Shown here: positions 6,938 to 13,926 of the stretch, in pieces | Numbering within the stretch: the stretch's first letter is position 1 | Layout of the letters: the number at the start of each line of letters is the position of its first letter | DNA from: an uncultured archaeon | GTDB taxonomy: Archaea; Asgardarchaeota; Lokiarchaeia; Sigyniarchaeales; SOKP01 | DNA length: 13,926 bases | Direction of reading: 5' to 3' | Assembly: GCA_964447495.1 (NCBI GenBank) | Contig: CAYUTF010000086.1 | Coordinates: forward strand, 1 to 13,926 | The notes under the pieces: generated by a model | What the model was told of the DNA's origin: nothing | What the model saw: the letters and a program-made list of their open reading frames with translations, nothing else | Databases searched by the model: none | Position numbers and translations under genes: made by a program

Positions 6938-9900
6938 TTATATTAGATCCCCAAAGATTCTTTTAAACATCTTATACTGCCAATTATTCATTATATCCCC
7001 CAAAGTATGGCCAAATGGAGACATTCTGTTTTTACCAAACAAAAGTAGTAATTTTGACGCCCTCTCTGCTCCGTCCCAGAAGCGTCTCTCTCCGGCTGGA
7101 GCAAACTCTTTCATAACTGCTCTATATGGATTTATTCCTTTCGATAAAGCATCTTTATATTCATCAATCTTTTTGTTTATCTCAATTAATTTCTCTCTAA
7201 AACTCTTATCAGTAAAGACTTCACCCCATAAATGCTTAAGAGAACCCTCATAATCTCTACTTTGATACCTACCTTTATATACTAAAGTCGTTGGAAATAG
7301 CTTATCAAAATCGTCTTCGGTTATCCATAATTGTGTTGCTTGATCTCGACACTTTCGGCTGATTCCAATCTCAAGAAGTCTTCTCAAGCGTGTTACCAAA
7401 TCTTCTACTGCGTCATGACCAGATATATCGGAAATACTTTCTCCAGGACCATGCATTTGACTCCATGTAAGATACATTTCAAATAATGCGATCGATAACT
7501 TATTATTTCGCATGATATGCTGGAGAGCAAATGTTGAATATCTTGACTTTTCGTATGCCTTATTTGGAATACTCTGACCAGAAATTGGATCAGTTCCCAA
7601 AAGTTCGCAATAAGACATTGTAACGAGCCAATCTTTAAAATCAGAATATTCTTTATCCGCAAAACCCTTTGCATAAGTCATTTTACCGATATGAACACTC
7701 GGTTGAAATAAATCATCAAACCAAAATATTGTTTTTGACTCCTGTAAGCTCCATGCTTCCCAGTCTTTTACATTTTTGGTACCCAACTCCTCAAGGAGAC
7801 TCTGCGCTCTTATATATGCTTGCACTTTCAAGCTTGGAGCTCTTAAAACCGTATCAAACGAATGGATATTGATAGGGCTAAAGGATGGAGATGATGAGAA
7901 TTCAGAACTTTTAGTTATCAAATTCTCTAGTTTATCTATGGCATCTCGAATCATCCAGTCTGATAATATCTTATTGTCTTTAATATAACTATAAACATTA
8001 AATTTTGAAATTTTATTACCAAAATAATACCTAGCCATATCTTCAAAACTAATCCAGAAATTACCAGTTGCATGTGCTGCTGCTTCCCACATGGCATATA
8101 ATGTTTTCAATTGAAGATTCCTTAAGCCATATGTTTGATAAGATATCCCTACCGCTGAAAAGCTTAGCTTATTATATCTTAACCAAGAATCAATTATGTC
8201 TTCAGCGTAAAAAATAAATTTTCTAATTAAACTCTGTTTTATACCCTCTATTCCGATTTTATTAAAATCTGAAATTGTTAATACTGAAATACGATGCCTT
8301 AAAGCACCAATTGTGCCATATACTATATCTTTCGAAACAAGGTATACGGCAGAAATATAGCTCTTGCCAGCTTTTTGATAAGGGTAAGCGGGATTATCAA
8401 ATAATATAAAAGACAACTCTTTTAAATTTAACAACCTAAATTCTTTTATATATGGATTCATAATGATACTCTGAAGTAACCTATTCTTTGGAGTGTCTGG
8501 ATAAGATGACAATGGTCCTAAGCTATAAAATCCTAAAACTGTTCTAACTTCATTAATGATGCCCTTTACGATTGGTATCAAAGTATAATAACCCATATTG
8601 TATAATTCTTGAATTATAAGATTCCCAAGATTCATCCAAGATTCAAAGTTAGGAACGAAGCTTGGATCATCAAATTTAACTTGATTTGTATTTGGATATG
8701 TATCATACCAGTGCGGAGAGAAATGAAAAAATCTATTAAAATCATCTATTGAAGAAATTTTTGAATTATGCGATTGATATTGAATAGATGTTTTTCGGTC
8801 AATTAGTGTAAATAATTTATAATGAGCACTCCGTAATGGGTAATAACAAGGACTTCCCTTCTCATAATTATATATATTATATTGCAAAAGCATTAGCTTA
8901 TCTAATTCTGCTTGAGCCATTTTCTTTTGATCCCCAGATAAAGAGAATTCGAGTTCTAACCAAATTGCAGAATAGATGGTATTAATATAATCTTCCTCTA
9001 ATTTAAATTGGTCACCTAACTTCATTCTTTGAAAAACATCTCTGAGATATCTTTCTCTTGCAATAGAAGATAAGATCTTAGAAAGTGATCTCATATTATA
9101 GTTTTTGCCGGTATACTTCTCAAGAAAATAACATAATTCATCGATAAAAAACTTATAATCGTCAACATAGGCATCTGAGGGAGAATTTAACTGATCATGA
9201 AGATCCTTTCCTACCATTGAATAGTATTCATATATCAAATTAATATCTGTAGCAGAAAATAGGTCACGGTAAGATTTCAATTTATAATATGGGTGATTGC
9301 TGTCGACTAGCGAGATTTCTAATTGCAATTTTTTGAACATGTCTCGCACTCTTAATACAAATGCCTCCCTCGGGGTTATCCATATCACATCTCCTTTGTT
9401 AATCATGGTATAACTCATGATCTCATCATCAATAAAATCAACAAGTCTTCCATTGACAAAAATAGTGTATTGCAAAATTCTATCAGTATAGCCTAAATCA
9501 TCAACAATAAATGATTTTAATGTTACCTTCTTCGGAGATATATAAAAGGGAAATGGAGCTATTTGTATGCCATTTGTAATAGGATCAAAATCTTTATATC
9601 TGTCAATTTTTTCATGTTCTTTCTCTATCTCATTTTGTTGGGCTTTTGCTTTGGCAATTTCAAAATTAATCTCATCCATGATATCAGGCGGCAAAGCCCA
9701 AAAGTGATCCACCTTTCCCATGGGATGGAACCCTTCATATTGCTGATTCACTGGAACAACCTTTACTGTTGCATCTTCAGAAATTTCAGAATTAATGTCT
9801 GATGCATCATCGTCCATAACGGGTTTTTTCAAGTCTTCACTCGTCTTTTTGAATACATTCTCTATCAGATGACGCTTAGCAGCTCTATCTTTAAGGATGC

Positions 9901-11245
9901 TATACCCATTACTTGTTAGCTTAGCCATATTTTTCAGACCATAGTAGCTAAATCCCGCAAACGCCGGCATGAGCAACATTAACCCTCCGAAAAGTCCCGC
10001 GCCAAATAATTGAACGAGCAGCTTTCTTGAGTCTCCTTTACCAGAATATGCGATCCGTAAAGCATCGCGCAATGACAGGATTTGGGCACTAGTTTCTGTA
10101 GCGGTTTCTGTATCTGAATTTAAGACATTTTGCGTCCCGATATTGTCGACTTGTTGCGCTACAGTCTGCGTGTCGGTCTCTATACTGGTATCTGCATCAC
10201 CATTGGTATCGAATCCCCCAGTAAAGTATCCAAACATTCCCGTTTCGCGCAAGGTGGTGATTAGCGTGGAAATCCAATGCCCGAGAGCATCCGTACCTCC
10301 TAATGAGCGAACTAAGCTCTGGAATAGCGTTTCCACAAAACTATCTACAATGACTTCTTCCATCGCTTCGGCAATCATCCCTGCGGGTAATCTTGCAAAG
10401 GTAAGGAGCAGGGTTAACGCGATTGCCGTACCTTTAGTGATCCCCTCAAAGGCTTTATCTATTATAACTTTGGAATAAGCTCCGAGCAGCATTGAAGGGG
10501 CAGAGATTGCCGTAGAGGTAACGGTCATGCTTACCGTATACCCGATCTCGGCGATCATTTGGGCAGTAGTGGACGCATAGGTGTATTGATCAAAGTAATC
10601 CATGACCGCATATTGGGTTGCCTGCGAAAGGGCGGCTTGCATGTATTCCTCCTCGTCGTAGGGAACGACCTTTGAAATATTGAGCACCATCTTATAGAAG
10701 CCATTATTTGCCGAACTAAAGGACAAAGGTGCAACTTCAGAGAGGGAACGCTTTAGGTATAAGTTCCCCATGTTGGTCGCGGGCTGGTAATAATCGGTGG
10801 TGGCGTTGAGTTCATAGGACGTATCGAGCATGACATCACCTTCATACCCGTACACCACGATATTATTAATCGGATAGGCAAACCCTTCATATTCATCGGC
10901 AATGGGAATCTTACCCGCATATGTTTCTCGCTCAGCAGCAGACATATCGCTGGTACACAATCCTAATGGAGAATCCATATTATCAGGTGTGACATCTATC
11001 ACTAAATAGCCATAGACCAAGCCTCTCTTCTCCAACTCTTTAAACCGCTCGGGACTGACAACCAAGGGTTGATATAACGCAGATTGCGGCATTCCCTCAT
11101 CGGTCTCAGTAAAGAAATACTGGGGCACCCTATCATTACACGTAGGCTTGATGGTGGTAAACTCATTCTGGGACCAATGGGTAATGCTTCGTTGCAAGTA
11201 GCCTAAGGTGTTATGACGATAGGTATAGTAAGTATTATCTTCCAA
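6938..11245 (-). CDS. C-terminal part of a giant polymorphic-toxin-like protein (probably 5'-truncated)
   Basis: 1435-aa ORF. The TTG start has no evident RBS or signal peptide, and the frame stays open to 11383. It contains hydrophobic Ala/Gly/Thr-rich helices (about 9940-10600), a beta-grasp-like segment (about 9370-9580) and an HNH-like motif (about 7440-7600). GC content steps down within the ORF. Confidence 0.7.
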   Translation of the reverse strand: MEDNTYYTYRHNTLGYLQRSITHWSQNEFTTIKPTCNDRVPQYFFTETDEGMPQSALYQPLVVSPERFKELEKRGLVYGYLVIDVTPDNMDSPLGLCTSDMSAAERETYAGKIPIADEYEGFAYPINNIVVYGYEGDVMLDTSYELNATTDYYQPATNMGNLYLKRSLSEVAPLSFSSANNGFYKMVLNISKVVPYDEEEYMQAALSQATQYAVMDYFDQYTYASTTAQMIAEIGYTVSMTVTSTAISAPSMLLGAYSKVIIDKAFEGITKGTAIALTLLLTFARLPAGMIAEAMEEVIVDSFVETLFQSLVRSLGGTDALGHWISTLITTLRETGMFGYFTGGFDTNGDADTSIETDTQTVAQQVDNIGTQNVLNSDTETATETSAQILSLRDALRIAYSGKGDSRKLLVQLFGAGLFGGLMLLMPAFAGFSYYGLKNMAKLTSNGYSILKDRAAKRHLIENVFKKTSEDLKKPVMDDDASDINSEISEDATVKVVPVNQQYEGFHPMGKVDHFWALPPDIMDEINFEIAKAKAQQNEIEKEHEKIDRYKDFDPITNGIQIAPFPFYISPKKVTLKSFIVDDLGYTDRILQYTIFVNGRLVDFIDDEIMSYTMINKGDVIWITPREAFVLRVRDMFKKLQLEISLVDSNHPYYKLKSYRDLFSATDINLIYEYYSMVGKDLHDQLNSPSDAYVDDYKFFIDELCYFLEKYTGKNYNMRSLSKILSSIARERYLRDVFQRMKLGDQFKLEEDYINTIYSAIWLELEFSLSGDQKKMAQAELDKLMLLQYNIYNYEKGSPCYYPLRSAHYKLFTLIDRKTSIQYQSHNSKISSIDDFNRFFHFSPHWYDTYPNTNQVKFDDPSFVPNFESWMNLGNLIIQELYNMGYYTLIPIVKGIINEVRTVLGFYSLGPLSSYPDTPKNRLLQSIIMNPYIKEFRLLNLKELSFILFDNPAYPYQKAGKSYISAVYLVSKDIVYGTIGALRHRISVLTISDFNKIGIEGIKQSLIRKFIFYAEDIIDSWLRYNKLSFSAVGISYQTYGLRNLQLKTLYAMWEAAAHATGNFWISFEDMARYYFGNKISKFNVYSYIKDNKILSDWMIRDAIDKLENLITKSSEFSSSPSFSPINIHSFDTVLRAPSLKVQAYIRAQSLLEELGTKNVKDWEAWSLQESKTIFWFDDLFQPSVHIGKMTYAKGFADKEYSDFKDWLVTMSYCELLGTDPISGQSIPNKAYEKSRYSTFALQHIMRNNKLSIALFEMYLTWSQMHGPGESISDISGHDAVEDLVTRLRRLLEIGISRKCRDQATQLWITEDDFDKLFPTTLVYKGRYQSRDYEGSLKHLWGEVFTDKSFREKLIEINKKIDEYKDALSKGINPYRAVMKEFAPAGERRFWDGAERASKLLLLFGKNRMSPFGHTLGDIMNNWQYKMFKRIFGDLI

Positions 11246-11307
11246 GAGTCGAGTGGCATATTCTGGTCCCGTAAGAATGACTACCTCTCCATACTCGGGA
11301 AAGATAA

Positions 11308-11331
11308 TCCCGCATATTTTGAATATCGGGA
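11308..11331. repeat. Imperfect palindrome at the apparent truncation junction
   Basis: TCCCG(C)ATATT-TTG-AATAT-CGGGA: 10-bp stem with one bulged base. Confidence 0.45.
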
Positions 11332-11659
11332 AATCAAAGGTTTCATATCTCCAAATGAACTCGTTTCTACGGGAATATATAGTTTAGATATGATTGCTGC
11401 TGATGAAAAATCAATGATGTTTAAACATAATTATATTCCATCAATATCCATCCATGAACTTGAACAATTTACAGAAAAATCAACTGGGTTTGGTCATATT
11501 ACTCTAAATAAAGAATACATGGAATCTATTGGCTTAGATATTCCAAGAATTACTGAACTCCATTTTTATTTTAATCTATCAAGCATTTTACGTATTTTTG
11601 CGAGGATCAGGAGTAAAATCAGTACATTTCTTATCCACTTTATTAGAAATAAGTTGTGA
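11315..11659 (+). pseudogene. Probable gene fragment of unknown function, opposite strand to the toxin-like ORF
   Basis: The part of ORF 11213..11659 beyond the overlap (YFEYREIKGFISPNELVSTGIYSLD...ITELHFYFNLSS) reads as protein-like and is AT-rich. The listed start lies antisense inside the large ORF and is unconvincing. Confidence 0.4.
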
Positions 11660-11900
11660 CTCATATTGATTTGTTAAGAGTAAATTTTTCCTTTTTATAT
11701 TTCACGCATCATATCGGTAAATCACTAAAATCATCAAGAGAACGCTTTTAAATAATCGGCCGATAGAATACTCTCTATCCCAAAACAAAGACAAAATAGT
11801 GATTATCTATCTTAGCCATTGTATTTGAATTCCATCACGGGTTTTGTCAGGACTTCTTCTTTTTAGTGTGACATCTTTCATAGCACAATCCACTTCTTCT

Positions 11901-11926
11901 GGGAGGTAAGATGCGTCTTATCTCCC
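11901..11926 (+). other. Stable RNA hairpin
   Basis: GGGAGGTAAGA-TGCG-TCTTATCTCCC: 11-bp stem with one G-U pair on the + strand (an A-C mismatch on the - strand) and a 4-nt loop. Confidence 0.6.
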
Positions 11927-11942
11927 GCTCAGCTATATCCGT

Positions 11943-12068
11943 TCACAGATACAGCCAGACCAGAAGGTAAGCGTGAAGTACGAATCCGAAAAAGTTCAGC
12001 AGATTGGCAATGCAAGCCCCGATGAACACCCATACACAAATTCCCGCAAGATCCACTTTTTCGATCAT
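11943..12068 (-). CDS. Unannotated 41-aa hydrophobic membrane peptide
   Basis: MIEKVDLAGICVWVFIGACIANLLNFFGFVLHAYLLVWLYL*, directly preceded by AAGGTGAGAGG (archaeal GGTGA-type RBS). Confidence 0.6.
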   Translation of the reverse strand: MIEKVDLAGICVWVFIGACIANLLNFFGFVLHAYLLVWLYL

Positions 12069-12425
12069 CCTCTCACCTTATCAATTTCAGTTTATTCCCT
12101 TTTAATTCCAATTCAATGTAAAAGAAAAAACAAAAAAGGAAAAGAAATTTAATTATTCTATTGGAGTTCTACTAGCTTTGTCATATCTTATAAGTTTTGA
12201 AAGCAAATTCATTATTGCTTGAAATAAAATTTTCAAGAATTTTTATGAATTTTAGAGTGAATTCTTGATATGAGATAGTTTCAAGAAAGATATGCACTTT
12301 TTCTCTTGTATCTTTAAAGATTAGAATACTGTTCCGCATCATATCTAAGGGAATTTTTTTATCTTTATTTTTTAAATCTATAAAGATTGTTGGGAAAGGT
12401 AATTATCGATAAGGAGGGAGCACAA

Positions 12426-12605
12426 ATGCACGACAATGATAATGAAGTAAAGCTAAACGGATGTTCGCTTCCCGATCAGATGATCTATTATCTTTTTCGT
12501 GACTATCACGTATTTCAGAACCGCAGCATTCGCTTTTTTGATGTCGGGAGCGAATTGGACGATCCCAGTGTGGTCATCAAGAATAACAATATTCTTATAT
12601 TTTAA
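12426..12605 (+). CDS. Small hypothetical protein (59 aa)
   Basis: MHDNDNEVKLNGCSLPDQMIYYLFRDYHVFQNRSIRFFDVGSELDDPSVVIKNNNILIF*. AAGGAGGGAG lies 5 nt before ATG 12426, a better start than the TTG at 12387. Confidence 0.55.
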   Translation: MHDNDNEVKLNGCSLPDQMIYYLFRDYHVFQNRSIRFFDVGSELDDPSVVIKNNNILIF

Positions 12606-12695
12606 ATTAAATTTTAATTTATATTAACTTATATTATAATGCCATAGAATTATGAGGGCAATTATATTTAAAAATGAATTCATAGGCGATTAGAT

Positions 12696-13784
12696 TTGGG
12701 GAAGATTAATATTTGCTTGATCGGCATAGGAGATGTTGCGAGTGCATTAGTTCAAGGTACAGAGTATTATAAAAAAAATCCCGACAAAATTATTGGAACG
12801 TTACCAGAAATCACTCAATACTCGATTGATGACATTCAGTTTGTATTGGGTGTGGATGTTAATGCTAATAAAGTTGGAAAAGATTTAAGTCAAGCTATTT
12901 TTGCTGAACCAAATTGTAATTTAAAATTATATGAACCTAAGTTTTTGAATGCTCCTGTAATAAAAGGACCGGTGCTAGATGGATTAGACAGCAACATCAA
13001 GAACATCATACCCGTTGACAACAATCAAAAACCCGAAGATATTAGAGATGAACTTAAACGAAATGAAGTTGATGTAGCAGTAATTTTACTTCCAACAGGA
13101 TCTCATGAAGCTACAAGATATTATGCAAACGCTGCTCTAGATGCGGGTGTATGTGTTGTGAATGGAATGCCTTCATATGTTGTAAAAGATGCTGATTTAG
13201 TAAAGAAAGCAGAGAGTTTGAATTTATCCTTAATAGGAGATGATGTTAAATCGCAAATAGGTGCTACAATTATCCATCGTTCTTTAGCTAATCTTTTTCC
13301 CATGAGAGGTGCGATTTTGGATAGAACAATTCAACTTGATTGGGGTGGTTCAAGTGATTTTCTCAATTTATTAACTCCTATGAAAGATGGCAATTTGAGA
13401 TACGAAGAAGGGAAGAGACAGTCTAAAACTGAAGCTGTTCTCGCCAATTTACAAAATAGAGATGAAGTAGAATGTCAAATTTCTGCTGTTGATTATATTC
13501 CCTTCATAAAAAATCAAAAAGAGGCATATATGCGATTAGAGGGAAGAATATTTGGAGGTGCTCCCGTTAGAATAGATATTACAATGTTTGTGGAAGATGG
13601 AAACAATTCAGCAGGGGTTTTAGTGGATTGTATTCGTGTCTCTAAAATTGCAAAAGATCGTGGTATAGGAGGTGTTCTCCAATCAGCGTGTTCATTTTTC
13701 AATAAACACCCCCCCGAACAATTAGAAGATTATGTTGCCAAAAAAAGATTAATTGAATTTATAGAAGGAAAGAGAGAACGATAA
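12696..13784 (+). CDS. ino1: myo-Inositol-1-phosphate synthase, archaeal/actinobacterial type
   Basis: GIGDVASALVQG, KVGKDLSQAIFAEPNC, GPVLDG, LPTGS, GDDVKSQIGATIIHR, GGxxDFLN, SKTEAV, NSAG..D.IR, KHPP. TTG start with AGGCGA upstream. Confidence 0.93.
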   Translation: MGKINICLIGIGDVASALVQGTEYYKKNPDKIIGTLPEITQYSIDDIQFVLGVDVNANKVGKDLSQAIFAEPNCNLKLYEPKFLNAPVIKGPVLDGLDSNIKNIIPVDNNQKPEDIRDELKRNEVDVAVILLPTGSHEATRYYANAALDAGVCVVNGMPSYVVKDADLVKKAESLNLSLIGDDVKSQIGATIIHRSLANLFPMRGAILDRTIQLDWGGSSDFLNLLTPMKDGNLRYEEGKRQSKTEAVLANLQNRDEVECQISAVDYIPFIKNQKEAYMRLEGRIFGGAPVRIDITMFVEDGNNSAGVLVDCIRVSKIAKDRGIGGVLQSACSFFNKHPPEQLEDYVAKKRLIEFIEGKRER

Positions 13785-13800
13785 TACAACTTTAATGAGA

Positions 13801-13926
13801 TTATTCTAAGCTTTTAATTTTTGTTTGCGCTTTAAAATGTTGTTCTCGTATATTAATTAAGTTATAAATATGATCAGAAATTAGGCTTACTCCCTCAGGA
13901 ATGGCCCTAAAGCTTGGAAAATCGTT
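13801..13926 (-). CDS. 3' end (enters from the right edge) of an ATP-grasp enzyme, ITPK1/RimK-like
   Basis: Manual translation NDFPSFRAIPEGVSLISDHIYNLINIREQHFKAQTKIKSLE*. NxFP[S/G][F/Y] matches the ATP-grasp terminal motif in its ITPK1-type form (DINxFPGY). Convergent with ino1, 16-nt gap. Confidence 0.65.
   Translation of the reverse strand, partial: NDFPSFRAIPEGVSLISDHIYNLINIREQHFKAQTKIKSLE

Noticed and set aside
5808-10478. Short ORFs 5808-5990, 6535-6723, 6909-7253, 7405-7674, 7669-7872, 7776-7988, 9563-9802 and 10143-10478
   Set aside because: Antisense or alternative-frame overlaps of longer coding regions, with no independent support.
11566-11882. Tiny minus-strand ORFs (MSHNLFLIKW..., MKYKRKNLLL..., MKDVTLKRRS...)
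   Set aside because: 24-38 aa, with no clear RBS or recognisable motif.
11847-12068. Selenocysteine/UGA read-through of the 41-aa ORF (the frame continues 31 codons: TDIAEREIRRILPPRRSGLCYERCHTKKKKS) with the hairpin as SECIS
   Set aside because: No redox-motif context around the UGA, the hairpin pairs better on the opposite strand, and it does not resemble a SECIS I can recognise. A premature stop in a longer gene is not excluded.
5720-12650. Accessory block as a bona fide mobile element
   Set aside because: No integrase or transposase, and no terminal repeats or target-site duplication found by eye.
13121-13702. ORFs 13121-13303 and 13514-13702
   Set aside because: Antisense to ino1.
1-13926. 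CRISPR array, tRNA or rRNA genes; closed circular element
   Set aside because: No regularly spaced repeats or cloverleaf/rRNA-like sequence seen. Joining the two ends does not give an in-frame complete gene.

Overview
AT-rich archaeal DNA, most likely from an Asgard archaeon (Lokiarchaeia/Promethearchaeota-like). This assignment is inferred from a Loki-CTERM-type VPGY-TM-KK tail, archaeal GGTGA/GGAGG ribosome-binding sites and an archaeal-type INO1. The window has two layers. (1) A sugar/inositol backbone: two partial minus-strand ATP-grasp genes with ITPK1-like motifs at the window edges (both absent from the ORF track), an MFS transporter, a Zn-dependent polyol dehydrogenase, a GH57/GH38-like hydrolase and a divergent myo-inositol-1-phosphate synthase. 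(2) An accessory block at about 5.75-12.6 kb that looks like a decaying polymorphic-toxin locus. It holds a 5'-truncated 1435-aa protein with a GC-richer hydrophobic N-part, an internal MoaD/ThiS/SAMP-like beta-grasp segment and a C-terminal HNH-like motif. A small CxxC-CxxC Zn-ribbon gene (candidate immunity) follows it, with a pseudogenised paralog exactly 180 bp further on. The block also contains a broken FN3/Loki-CTERM surface-protein gene, an opposite-strand gene fragment and two unannotated small ORFs. All functional calls come from motifs recognised by eye; no searches were run.
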